Assembly (NCBI GenBank): GCA_965644295.1 | Contig: CBFFRP010000218.1 | Location: forward strand, 248,001-312,000 | Reading direction: 5' to 3' | DNA: 64,000 nt | Source: Paraphysomonas bandaiensis | Lineage: Eukaryota; Protista; Chrysophyceae | Shown: piece by piece, positions 1 through 11,931 of the stretch | Layout of the letters: each line of letters opens with the position of its first letter | Numbering within the stretch: the stretch's first letter is position 1 | Notes under the pieces: generated by a model | What the model saw: the letters and a program-made list of their open reading frames with translations, nothing else | What the model was told of the DNA's origin: nothing | The model's database searches: none | Translations under genes and position numbers: made by a program

Positions 1-125
1 GTCAAGTTTCAATCAAGAGCGGGTTTGCCTCTCTTTGGCTGCAAGGACATGGAGGTGATGAAGGGTGCTATATGCACAGTACCCGTCGCTGGGTATATGT
101 TGTTTTATTCTTACCGCCGAGGGTC

Positions 126-1660
126 TTATAGGGTTAGACAATACACCCTGCCCATGGTGCACATGAGATGCCTGAGGTGGATATGATCCGTGGGGGACCT
201 TTGTGCAAGGTGGCGTCGGGCTCTCGAGGAGAGAGCAACATCAAGTATCTCGCTCTGGGGCAAGATGGTGTTTATATGAAGTTGCCGTGGATCTGGGGGC
301 TCCTCAATCCTGACGCCTTGTCTGGTACGCAGGTGCTGCAGAAAGTTGGAAATGCGTTGTTTGGTTCGTGAGAGGGCAGTGTTGAGTCGGAATTGAATAC
401 CAGGTATATTGGAAGTGCCTGGCGTAGCGAGAATGTGATATCCGTGCTGACTTTGTACGATGTCGTGGGTTGTGACATCTTCAGTGGTAGGGTTCATTAT
501 AAGGGACTGGCTGAAGAATGGTGTTAGATGAACCCAGCCTGAGACTAGATGTGGTTGATCAGCGTCCCATAACCTGTATGGGATAGATAGTAGATCTAAC
601 ATTATTTAAAAATCCTGCATGTTCATTTCCAGTTCGCTGTCTGATGGAGTGTTTTGAGAATGTTCGAATCGTTGCAGCAGCTTCCGGAGTGATTTTGTAG
701 AGGAAAGTGGGGTTCCTTTTGTCAAGCAGAGTGCTCTCACATGCTTGGAAATGTCGTGCGTGGACTCCACATTAGATTTGATGGAAGTCTGCAACAGCTG
801 TGCTATTAGTAGTGCGCTGCACGTGGAATCCATCTTATGTTCTGGTTTTGGAAATGTAGTCATAAAGATGTAGTTGTCTGCCCTGGAGATTTTGTCAATG
901 AAGCTGTCCCATTTCTCGGTCCTAGTTGGGGTCAGCATTTGCGTGTGTATCTCCTTTACTAGTTCTAATTGGGGAGCGACCGCTATGGTGTGGAAGTCAT
1001 CGTATCCAACCCAGTTGTTCAGAATCGTAGAGTGGAATGGCACGGAATCCGGTCCCACAGCATGGAGAATGGGGTCTGGGGTAGGACTTGTGTGAGCTGA
1101 GTCGGCTATATCCGGTGCTGGTGGGTCGCCAGTATTCAACGAGGGGTGTGTTGGAGCAGGTGATCTCCATTTGGCAGGAAAATAGTCAGTGAGGAGCGCA
1201 CACGGTGGTACAATATCCTTAGCGTGTTTGAGTGTCTTAGTCTTAGGGTGTTGTCGCGGTCCGTCACCACTATTGTCAGAGGAATATTCCTTCCCTTGGA
1301 GGGTATGTGAAGGATGAATACATAATTGTTTCTGGTGATACCATTGAGCTCCTTTAGGTTTGTGTGGTAGTGCCTGTAGTAGACGACTGCATACAAGTTC
1401 AGGGAGCCGTTCCAACAGTGTGTGGAGTTCTAGTTTTACTGGTTGCTTTGTATCCAGGAAGAAATGATCTTCAGAACAGAACACATCATGAAATGGGCGT
1501 TCTTGCGTCATGGGAAGGAAGGCTGAGTGAAAGGTAGACCAGTACATCCAGTTGTGCCCTAGGACTTCTGGTTCTTCCTGCCATATTCGGAGTCGTATGT
1601 TTAGGGCATACTGACACCATTGCCATTGCTCTGGGGGTATTCCGATGGCAGTAGGTTTCT
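126..1660 (-). pseudogene. Intronless broken reading frames, probably a retroelement-derived (ORF1/gag-like) remnant
   Basis: Consecutive ORFs 606-1547 and 126-602 are in the same frame, split by one stop. The frame stays open upstream to ~1660, where the satellite cuts it. No diagnostic motif recognised. Confidence 0.3.
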
Positions 1661-1674
1661 TTCTACGAAGTGCT

Positions 1675-3568
1675 CTGTGATATAGTGTATATAGTGAGAT
1701 GGTACAGTGGTGTATAGTGAGATAGATAGTATAGTGGTATAATGTAGTGAGATAGTGTAGTGGTATATAGTGAGATAGCTGGTATAGTGGTATATGGTGA
1801 GATAGATGGTACAGTGGTGTATAGTGAGATGGTATAGTGGTATATCATGAGATGGTATAGTGGTATATAGTGGGATGGTATCTGGGTGTAGAGGGAATGT
1901 GTACAGTGGTGTTTAGTGAGATAGATGGTATATAGTGGTATATATTGAGATGGTATATGGGTATATAGTGAGATGGTAAATGGGGTATAGTAGTGAGATG
2001 TTATATTAGCATAGTTAGATGGTATAGTGATATTATTATTTAGTTAGAGGGTATGGTATGTATAATAACAGGGTATATTAGCATAGTTAGATGGTATAGT
2101 GATGTCTACTGAGGTGGTAATATATAGTGGTAAAATATAGTGAGATGGTATAGTGGAATATAGTGCGATAGTATAGTGGTATATACTGAGATGGTACAGT
2201 GGTATATTGTGGTATGGGATAGTGATGTATAGTAATATATATGGCGTATGGGTGTATAGAAAGAGATGGTATATTAGCATAGTGAGATGGTATAGTGGTA
2301 TGTAGTGCGATAGTATAGTGTATATAGTGAGATAGTATAGTGTATACAGTGAGATGATGTAGTGGTGTGTAGTGGGATGGTATATGGGTGTATAGTGTTA
2401 TGGTATAGTGATGTGTAGTAATATGGTATATGGGTGTATAGTGAGGTGGTATATTAGCATATTATAATATATATAGATAGTATAGTGATAATATATAGTG
2501 AGATGGTATATGGGTGTATAGTGAGATGGTATATTAGCATAGTGAGATGGTATAGTGATATATATAGTTTGATGGTATAGTGTATATAGTGAGATGGTAC
2601 AGTATTGTATAGTGAGATAGTATAGTGGTATAATGTAGTGAGATGATAGTGTAGTGGTCTATTATAATGCGATTGTATAGTGGTATATTGTGGTATGGTA
2701 TAGTGATGTATAGTAATGTGGTATATGGGTGTATAGTGAGATGGTATATTAACATAGTGAGATGGTATAGTGATAATATTATATAGTTAGATGGTATGGT
2801 ATGTATAATGAGAGGGTATATTAGCATAGTTAGATGGTATATAGTAATGTATGTGAGATGGTATAGTTGTAAAATATAGTGAGATGGTATAATGATGTAT
2901 AGAGTGAGATGATGTAGTGGCAAAATATAATGAGATGGTATAGTGGTATATCATGAGATGCTATAGTGGTATATAGTGAGATGGTATAGTGGTATATAGT
3001 GAGATGGTATCTGGGTGTATGGTGAGATGGTATATGGGTGTATTATAGTGAGATGTTATATTTGCATATACGGGTAGTGGTCTAACTAGTATGACTAGCA
3101 TTCTTCTAGCCACTAATTGATGCAAGGTCTCAACGCCTATTGCTAAATAATCAGACATTCACTATATTTGCATAGTTAGATGGTATAGTGATAATATATA
3201 TATGGGTGTGAGATGGTATATGGGTGTATTTTGAGATGGTATATGGATGTTTAGTGAGATGGTAAAGTGGTGTATAGTGAGATGGTATATGGGTGTGAGA
3301 TGGTATATGGGTGTATAGTGAGATGGTATAGTGATGTATAGTTAGATGGTATATGGGTGTATAGTGAGATGGTATAGTGGTATAATATAGTGGGATGGTA
3401 TAGTAATGCATAGTAGTATGGTATATGGGTGTATAGTGAGATGGTTATAGTTCATACTTGTGAACTGTATGTAATATATATGATGTGTAGTCGGTGACTT
3501 TTATAGCTGTAAAACGGAAGTAATATGGAAGAAATTAGTAAAAAATGTTATAAATAATACTTTTCACA
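1675..3568 (-). repeat. Degenerate minisatellite (TATAGTGAGATGG / TATATGGGTG / TATAGTGG modules) with a ~125-bp unique head at ~3444-3568
   Basis: Repeated 8-13-bp modules, almost no C on the + strand. Head plus repeats recur inverted at 28700-29086. Confidence 0.9.
3069..3162 (+). mobile_element. 94-bp 5'-truncated non-LTR retroelement 3' end inserted in the satellite
   Basis: 12-bp TSD TATATTTGCATA (3057-3068, 3163-3174). Sequence resembles ~49603-49696 and the end at ~63083-63112 (ACGCCTATTGCTA..AATCAGACATTCA). Confidence 0.8.
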
Positions 3569-3756
3569 CTGTTATTATCTTCATAGTTACTTATGTGCAT
3601 AGTTATACTCTTTTCCAACCATCATCAAAAATTTCACCAGGTTTTACATCAAAAACCAGGTTTTGGTATTACCTCGACTTGAAGTCAATACTTTGTAGTT
3701 CAACTATTTAAAAAAGATAATATAGAAATATGGATTAATTAAAATGGAGCCATAAG

Positions 3757-4014
3757 AAATAAGATTTAAGGTTAGTCTTAATATTTAGTAAGAATATACT
3801 TGATATTATTAGAGATAAAGATTGAACGATAAGGCCTAATAGTATAATAGCAAGACACGTTTGAGTAGAGCGTTAGCACCACACACATGTGCGTATCTTG
3901 TACAGTCGCGTATCATGTATAGTTTGGTAATTATTCAGTCTATTTGGTATTTCATTGTATATGTGTGTTGTATTCACGCGTTAAGAGATATACGTGATTC
4001 AATGACTCCTAATA
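3757..4014 (-). repeat. 3' LTR of copia element
   Basis: Direct repeat of 9129-9386, adjacent to the PPT. Confidence 0.97.
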
Positions 4015-4179
4015 CTCCCCCTCAATGAAATAATCATATGGCGTATACATAGATATATGGATATAGGTGTATATATTTGGAGATAGTTCTACTGAGGGTA
4101 AAACCCACGAGTGCAATCACAGATTGTGGATTACACTGATGTCAACATACAGCATACTCGTGGGAAATTCCGTAGATCT

Positions 4180-7100
4180 CTAAGTCATCCATCGTGGTCT
4201 CTTGGTTGAGTTCTCTGCCGGTGGGATAGATACTTTTGTTCTTTTATTGCTAGCAGGTATGTTGATACCTCCCCCCCCCATTAGTGAATCCCGCAATCTG
4301 TGGAACGTGTTTGATGTGAGGGGTTTAGTTAGAATGTCGGCCAGCATCTCGTTTGTAGGCATGTAATCAACAATAATAGAGTGCGATGCGACTTGTTCTC
4401 TTATGAAGTGATATCTGATGGCAATATGTTTTGTTCGTCGGTGGTGTACGGGGTTTAGGCATAGTTGAATTGCACCTTTGTTGTCACACCATATGGTTGT
4501 TGAGTATGGCATGTGGAAGCCCAATTCCGAGAGTAGTGACCGTAGCCAAATAGCTTCTTGACATGCTGTTGATAGTGCCATGTACTCCGCTTCTGTAGAG
4601 GATAGAGCTACAGTAGTCTGGAGTCGTGATTGCCAGGAAATGAGACAATTTCCAATAAAGAAGCAAAACGCTGTGGTCGACCTGCGAGTTAAGTTACAGC
4701 GTGCCCAATCACTGTCAGCGAATCCAGTTAAAGTAACAGACTTCCCGGAGTACTGTAGACCTTGATCGATAGTGCCTTTGAGGTACCTAAGTATGTTTAA
4801 TGCGGCTTTGCATGTAGTTAGATTTGGATTAGTACTGAAACGAGCAAGGGTGTTTACAGCATATGCAATATCAGGTCTAGTGCACACAGCAATATACATA
4901 AGTGAACCTATGAGCTCCTTGTAAGGAAAATTTTGGACAAATTCTTGATTTTCTTGAGATAGTTGTTTCTTTTCGAGAATGTCTATATGAAAATTTGTTG
5001 TCATGGGGTGACTACGTGGCTTGCAATCTTCCATGTTGAATCTGTGGAGTAGGTTCCGTATGTATTGAGATTGATTTAGTGTCGTAGTTCGATTCTGTAT
5101 ATCCTGTTTGACGAATATGCCGAGGTAGTAATCTAGGAGGCCGAGATCATGAATGTCGAATTTTTCAGCTAACGAATTCTTGATTTGGATGATGTCAGTC
5201 CTACTTTTACCGGCGATAATGATGTCATCGACGTAAACTGCCAGAATTATGGGTCGACCATTGATTGATTTCGTGAATATGCACGGGTCGGACACTAATC
5301 TGGTAAAACCGCAGTCTAACAAATAATTAGTACAACATTTATACCAATTTAACCCGGACTGTTTGAGTCCGTATATACTCTTTAGAAGTCTGAGGACTTT
5401 ACCGTTTGGAACATTGAGACCAGCGGGTGGATACATGTAAATTTCCTCTTGGAGGTCTGCATTGATGTAAGCAGTAGAGAAATCTACCTGGTGAAGCTCC
5501 AACCCAAGTATAGTTGCTAGTGCTATGACTGTTCTCATTGATGTGGCCTTTGCGACTGGGCTGTAGGTTTCGTTGTAGTCTTTACCCTCGACCTGGGAGA
5601 AACCTTGAGCCACTAACCTCGCCTTGAAGGTAACCTCATCTCGCTTGACCTTTACCCTAAACACGAATTTTCCCCTTATAATGTTGGAATTTGCTGGTGG
5701 TGTCGTTATCCTCCAACAGCCTTTGCTCTCTAGAGACTTGATTTCTTTGTTGATGGCTTTCAGCCATTGTTCCTTGTACCTGCCTGATAGTGCCTCGCCA
5801 ACATTGTTAGGTGTGTTAGGTACATCATTGCTACATGTGTCATTTGCATGCATAATGATGTCAACATCATTCATGTATAATGTTCTGTAACTATCATGTT
5901 TATCAGGTGTTTTGTGGTTGTACAAATATCTTTTATCAACATCACAGTGGTATATATTATCACCGAATTTGTGTACATTCATGATTACCCTTTTCCTGGT
6001 CTGCCTCTTGCTGTGGAGACTTTTCTTTACGCAACGGCTCACCTTGTGTCGGTGGGGTGTCCTTACACCCGTAATTGTGCCATCCGGGCTTTGCCGGCTC
6101 CTGTCACCCAGGGAATTCACAGTCTTGATAGCTCGTTTGACCTTACGAGCAGGGTGATCACGCTTGTTGTCACCCCGTGCCTCCTTCGGCACTGTATTCC
6201 GCTGAGCTTCTGCTGTGCGGCGAGGCCTTGCCTCCTTTTCATTTGAGTAGGGTCCTCTCAAATGGCTGTGACTCCCGCCCCGTGTGGCGTCATGACGGCT
6301 GTCGGTTGAACTGCTCCTCCCTGGAGCTGTTCCTTCCACGGGGCATCCTGGTTCCTCTTGCGGGGGTGATACCGCGTTCTGATAACTGAAGTGCTCGGCG
6401 GTGTATCTTTCGATGTCCGCAGCGTGTATTGGGTCATTTAACTCGATGACTCGCCCTTCATTTTCTCGTGGGGCCAATCCTCTGTAAGCAGCCACGTGGC
6501 CTTTGATGACTGTGATTCTTGTCGTGATGTATTGGAGGCCATCCTGTGGATCTGTGTGGGTCATTCCAACGAGGTATTGGAAGCTCTCGGTTGTTCGATT
6601 CTCTGAATTTTCTTCTCTCAGTGATGATTCGATTTCAGCGTAGTAGTTTTCCTTGACGTCGGGGATGCACTCATTGAAAAAGACGTGACTTGAGATTACG
6701 AAGTCCTTGAGTGAAGGTACATATATGACGTACCCTGGTCCATCTTCTCGGTATCCCATGAAGTACCCAATATGGCTATGTGGAGACCAATCGTTTCTTC
6801 TCTGAGACTTGTCTATGAATGTATGGCATTTGCAGCCCCAAATCCTGGCGTAAGATAAATCGGGGGCCTCGTCGTGGATGAACTGATACGGTGATATGAA
6901 TCCCTTTGCAGTGGCGCATGGCAGGCGATTTTTCATATGCGTGACGGTGGACATAGCCTGTTCCCAGAAGTTGGGTGGTAGGCCCGAGTTGCAAATGGAT
7001 GCAAGCGTTCTTTCCTTGGTCGTGCGCCATGGTCGTTCTTGTATGGGGTTGTCTTCTGGCGTGTACGGAGCGTTGAAGGTCCAGGTTGATCCTAATTTTC

Positions 7101-8222
7101 TCAGCAAGTTCAGTACACGATGTGATACTAGCTCACGGCCACCATCAGCATGATAGTGTATTAGCCGTTTGCCTTTCGAATGCAGATAATCCACAATTTT
7201 CTGAATGCACTCAATGACAAAATCCTCGGTTCTGTGTTTTCCATAGAATGTCCAACTGTATCTTGAAGCTGCATCGGTAGCTCCAAAGACTACGGTGTTT
7301 CCTGTGACTATTGCTGGAGGTGAAAATGGTCCAGTAAAATCAACTGCTATAAGTCCTCCAAGCTCCTGCGATCTTCTGGTTTTTGTCGGTATCATTTGCC
7401 TTGTCTCGCGCCTATGTTTCCTCCTGTGAGCCTTGCCTTGTGCGCAGCCATCACAAAGACCTTCTGGTAGCTGTGGCGAGCTCAGGTCGGATTTTGAAAT
7501 AGTGATTCCTTTCACAAGATTCAACTTTAGTGCTTTTTGAATTAAGCCAATGGATGCGTGGGTCAACCTTCGATGTGCCAGGGAGATCGAGGAACCGCTG
7601 GATGTAGATGCCAAGTTGCACTGGTCTTGGATGTAACCTAAATCGGATAATTTGACCTCGTATAGACCGTTTTGTTTCCTGGCTGTGGTTAACAAAATTC
7701 CATCGTGGTATACGCGTGCCTCGTTTGGTCCGAATATGATATTGCAGTTGGCGTCTGTTGTCAACTGGCTGATAGAAATTAAAGTCTTTGACGCGTCTGG
7801 AACTAGCCTGCACTTGCTAATCAGTCCAAGCTTGCCGTATCCCAATGCCTGCATTTCTGATCCTGATTTGGCGGTGTAAATTGTGGTTTGATCGTAAGTG
7901 AATTCGGAGAGTAAGCTTCGTGCTGCTGTAATTGATATTGTGCAGCCAGAGTCTAGAATGCCAAATTCCTGCTTCTCGTGTTCCGTATGTAGGACGTGGT
8001 TGTCTGTGATCATCCCAGAGAATGCACTGTAGTCATTGTCATCGTTTGGCCCCTCATCGTCATAGTCTTCCAGTCTTAAGTTCGAATCCCGATGACTGTT
8101 TCTTGGGTATTTTGATGATGTGTTCTTGGAGTGATGCCCTTTCCCTCTTTTGTCGTCGTTTCGTTTGTTTGTGGACTTCTGCATCTGTTGTATGTGTTCC
8201 CACGAGTGCTTGCACTCTGCTG
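4180..8222 (-). CDS. pol: Copia Pol (protease, integrase, RT, RNase H)
   Basis: ILDSGCT protease; HRRLTH...CDGC zinc finger; VDF/HADGG/QER DDE; IGYFMGY (GKGY-like); FKARLVAQG, HQVDF, LKSIYGLKQS, YVDD RT; FADSDWA, STEAEY, WCDN, TKHIAIRYH, ADILTK RNase H. Confidence 0.97.
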
Positions 8223-9119
8223 CGCAATGTGGTTGGATCCATTGCATCTGAAGCACTTAACTTCGCGCGAGGCTCTTGTGACTTTGCTGGGCTTGTTGAA
8301 TTTCTTCTGTTTTCGCTGCCCGTTGTTGTGCTTCTGCTTCTTCGGTAGACGGGGGTTAAACGGCTGTTTGCCTGTTGAGCTGTAGTTTGCGCTGTCCCGT
8401 TTGGTTTCCGTATTTTGTGATAGTAGGGAGCCTACAGTGGAATGCTCGAATGCTCTCAATCTTCTTATCAGCGTTTTATAATCATCAATTGGGTTCATTT
8501 GGAGGTTGATTGCCAGGTCCTTATAGGTCTGGTTCTCATTTGAGACCATCCCTTGTCGTATTCTTGAAATAAGGTCTTGTTCAGAGACTTTGTGGCCATG
8601 TGTAGCGAGCTTTAATCGCAATTTTTCGACTTCGTCCAGGAATTGATTGATTGTTTGAGCTTGCTTGATTTTGATTGATTGCAGTTGGCCAATGAGGTCG
8701 GTTATCGTATCATTTGAGGTCTTGTCTTTGAAATGCTTTTCGATCTCTGACCATGCCCTTTTTCCATCTCCTTCAGGGACTGTTTCGATAATACCCTCTG
8801 CTTCCTCGTTTTGGCCAATCACCGCGCTGGATAGAAGTGACCATAGGTAATTGTTGCCCTCCTCGAAATACTGCATATTTTCGTCGTAGGCGTTTTTCCT
8901 GTATAGGTAGTCCTCTTCTGTTTCTTCCTCTTGACGTATAGGCTCCTCTGGCGCATCGTTTCTTAGGATGTATACTATCTTAGGCTTACGAAAGAACCAG
9001 GCTCTACTTTTCTTCTGCCATTTTGAGAAGTTCTTGGCGTCGAAGGGTGGCATGGAATCCTTCCTCTTGTCCGATGAGTCGGAGTCGGAGTTATCGTAAC
9101 TGTTAGTCTTAGAACTCAT
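8076..9119 (-). CDS. gag: Copia Gag; zinc knuckle broken by a frameshift at ~8222-8225
   Basis: PPFDAKNFSKW N-terminus, helical capsid-like region, CFRCNGSNH half-knuckle. ATG directly follows the PBS. Confidence 0.93.
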   Translation of the reverse strand: MSSKTNSYDNSDSDSSDKRKDSMPPFDAKNFSKWQKKSRAWFFRKPKIVYILRNDAPEEPIRQEEETEEDYLYRKNAYDENMQYFEEGNNYLWSLLSSAVIGQNEEAEGIIETVPEGDGKRAWSEIEKHFKDKTSNDTITDLIGQLQSIKIKQAQTINQFLDEVEKLRLKLATHGHKVSEQDLISRIRQGMVSNENQTYKDLAINLQMNPIDDYKTLIRRLRAFEHSTVGSLLSQNTETKRDSANYSSTGKQPFNPRLPKKQKHNNGQRKQKKFNKPSKVTRASREVKCFRCNGSNHIAQQSASTRGNTYNRCRSPQTNETTTKEGKGITPRTHHQNTQETVIGIRT

Positions 9120-9128
9120 CCGCTGCCA

Positions 9129-9386
9129 AAATAAGATTTAAGGTTAGTCTTAATATTTAGTAAGAATATACTTGATATTATTAGAGATAAAGATTGAACG
9201 ATAAGGCCTAATAGTATAATAGCAAGACACGTTTGAGTAGAGCGTTAGCACCACACACATGTGCGTATCTTGTACAGTCGCGTATCATGTATAGTTTGGT
9301 AATTATTCAGTCTATTTGGTATTTCATTGTATATGTGTGTTGTATTCACGCGTTAAGAGATATACGTGATTCAATGACTCCTAATA
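9129..9386 (-). repeat. 5' LTR of copia element
   Basis: Direct repeat of 3757-4014, adjacent to the PBS. Confidence 0.97.
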
Positions 9387-9562
9387 ATAAGCAAGAGCGG
9401 AAGCTCGCTCCTTCTTCACTATTTCTTTTGGTTAAGAAATGAAGTTTGCGGAAATCAGTTCTAGTAAAGCAATCTTAGTACTATTAGCACCACATTGTAG
9501 TTGAAATACCAATACACATCACTCTTGTAGCTTATGCATATCCTGTTGGAATAATTACCATT

Positions 9563-10924
9563 TTAGGCAGATTCAAGTGTCAAATCATCCCGAGATCCCC
9601 CGGAAGGTAGCACTGACTGAGAACCAGAGGCTGGTTGAGCACCAGAAACTGGATGAGAACCGGGAGTTGGTTGAGCACCAGAAACTGGATAGGAACCAGG
9701 AATTGGTTGAGCAGCAGAAACTGGATAGGAACCAGGAATTGGTTGAGCACCAGAAACTGGATAGGAACCAGGAGTTGGTTGAGCACCAGAAACTGGATAG
9801 GAACCAGGAGTTGGTTGAGCACCAGAAACGGGATGAGACCCGGGAGTTGGTTGAGCACCAGCAGGCTGCCATGTAAATTGTGTAGGCTGTTGCTGCGCAT
9901 AAGCAGGATGCAGAGACTGGTTCTGTCCATAAGAAAGTTGTAGCGGCTGACCATACATCTGTTGCACAGGAACATACATATATGATTGCTGGGGTTGTCC
10001 CATTGAAGTTGGATGAACCATACCAGAGGGTAAAGCAGCCATGTTATTTCCACTCCCTGGCCCTATATGTTGGGTTGAGGGAGAAGGCAAAATTTCAGTA
10101 GAGGTATTTGGACATGGATATGTCTTGTTAGCAGCATGCAATGCAGTAGTGGGAGTCGGCTGCGGTGCTGTAGGGGTATCATCACTCTTGCCGGTCTTTT
10201 CCGTTGGGTTCACTTTTGGATATTTGACTAATAAGTGAGATACTAGACCCCATTGTAGCTCAATGGATAGTACAGCGAGAGCACATAGACAAAAAATAAT
10301 GAAGCATACAGCAGCTTCATTGAGCTGCGAGCAATAGTAGGCAGAACATAACGAAAGTTGGATAATAAGCAGCAGTACAAGAAAGGAAGAAGCAATCGCG
10401 GTGTATTTTGTCAGTTCAGTTTTCTCGGTAGGGAGCCAGGAGGGAATCACATTTCTTCTGTAGACATAAGTAGTAATGAAGGTGCAAATGAGAATAAAAG
10501 ATACAAGCGCGACAGACAAAGTAAAGGCGCTATACTCTTCCACAGTGGAATTAACTTCCAAATAATCACTGTCACTTCCAAAATCTAAGGGACATACATC
10601 ATTAGTATCTATAGATTCTTTAATGCAAATGTTTTGATTCGCATTTACTCTCAAACAACATCCATTGCATCCTGGATTATAATTGTCACAAGTGGAATAC
10701 GGTGAGTCAGGATTTGAGCAAAACTGCATAGCAGAATCGGTCATACATATCTTTCCAGTGTAGTATAACGATCCGGAGTATGCGTTATAGATGTCCGGAT
10801 CAATAGTCACGCATCTGGTGCATAAGTTTGTTACAACTGTACTGCAGCTACCACCGTATGATGTTGTGGTAGCGCATTTTTTACATGAATATATATTCAA
10901 GTTGGTTACTGAGCAATCAGACAT
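9563..10924 (-). CDS. Membrane protein: Cys-rich N-terminal region, ~3 TM segments, Gln/Pro-rich tail with 12-aa repeats (5' end uncertain)
   Basis: 453-aa ORF with many Cys in the first 115 aa, three hydrophobic stretches and (GAQPTPGSYPVS)n. Confidence 0.7.
   Translation of the reverse strand: MSDCSVTNLNIYSCKKCATTTSYGGSCSTVVTNLCTRCVTIDPDIYNAYSGSLYYTGKICMTDSAMQFCSNPDSPYSTCDNYNPGCNGCCLRVNANQNICIKESIDTNDVCPLDFGSDSDYLEVNSTVEEYSAFTLSVALVSFILICTFITTYVYRRNVIPSWLPTEKTELTKYTAIASSFLVLLLIIQLSLCSAYYCSQLNEAAVCFIIFCLCALAVLSIELQWGLVSHLLVKYPKVNPTEKTGKSDDTPTAPQPTPTTALHAANKTYPCPNTSTEILPSPSTQHIGPGSGNNMAALPSGMVHPTSMGQPQQSYMYVPVQQMYGQPLQLSYGQNQSLHPAYAQQQPTQFTWQPAGAQPTPGSHPVSGAQPTPGSYPVSGAQPTPGSYPVSGAQPIPGSYPVSAAQPIPGSYPVSGAQPTPGSHPVSGAQPASGSQSVLPSGGSRDDLTLESA
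9630..9862. repeat. 36-bp coding tandem repeat, ~6.5 copies
   Basis: GGTTGAGCACCAGAAACTGGATAGGAACCAGGAGTT units. Confidence 0.95.
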
Positions 10925-11931
10925 CGTCTACACCTCTCCGCGTAAGAAATTTCGTACCTATGTCAGCAAGTTGTACTTTAATGGATGTATCCAATGCAAC
11001 ACATACATACATACATACATAAGTGCATCATGACAATTCCACTAGTAAAGCAGATATTGATTCCCCACTCACTGCAACGAATCTTGAAGAGTCTAAAAAA
11101 AATCTCCATTCTCCAACTGCAAAACCAGGAAACTACGTAGACAAATACGTACTTGGATCGAAAATACAAAACTGATACTACAGATCAAACACTCACGGAT
11201 CCAGTTCGCCCGTTGTCCTCCGTTCAAACTAGGCAAAAGACAAGTCTCTTTGCAGCACTAGAATTCATTTCCAAAAAATAAGATCATACGGGCTGGCTAT
11301 ATTCAGTTTTGATTAAATCCACCTATTTTTGATCACTGAATTTTTTCAGATTTTTCTAAATGATCAAAAGTATGAAAATCTGTGAAAATTGTATATAGGT
11401 ACGTATTACGTTGTATACAGGTTAGATATATACACGATAGTATACATGGTATACTGCTGTATAGACAATCGTAAACCACGCCTGCACTCATGTATCATAG
11501 TCACATGTAACATACACGCATCTTCATATGCTTATCATACAATAACTAGCACTGAGTTGCACGCCTCTGCTGTCTTATCTATAGAAGAAATGCGGCTTAT
11601 TGAGATTGTATGCTGTGGGTAGATGAGACTGCACATATAGGTTACACTTGAGCTCTCTCTGCAACAGACCTGCCTATATGCGTATATGCGTATATGCCTA
11701 CATGTCTGTATGACATTATGATTATATATGACTATCAATGAAGAGGCGTCTCATTGTATGAATATGGTGGCATTCGTGGTGCTCTTCTTATGAAGTATAG
11801 GTGCAACAACAGACCGCTCAATAACAGACCGGCTGTCTGGTACCTTGTAAGGCACGACTCCAGGACATGAGCACATATCGCGCGTAAACCTCGTTGTCGG
11901 TACTGGTAGGAATCGTCATAGTCTTCCAGTC

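Larger units (their letters stand above)
3757..9386 (-). mobile_element. Full-length Ty1/copia LTR retrotransposon
   Basis: 258-bp LTRs at 3757-4014 and 9129-9386, identical by eye. 5-bp TSD ATAAG (3752-3756, 9387-9391). PPT GAGGGGGAG (4015-4023, minus strand). PBS-like TGGCAGCGG (9120-9128). Domain order gag-PR-IN-RT-RH. Confidence 0.98.

Noticed and set aside
1663-3411. Several Y/H/T/I-rich ORFs on the minus strand
   Set aside because: They are translations of the minisatellite.
9577-10053. Alternative-frame repeat ORFs and a CRISPR-like appearance (also 22509-23038, 43933-44990)
   Set aside because: These are coding tandem repeats with no unique spacers and no cas genes; the other frames are shadows.
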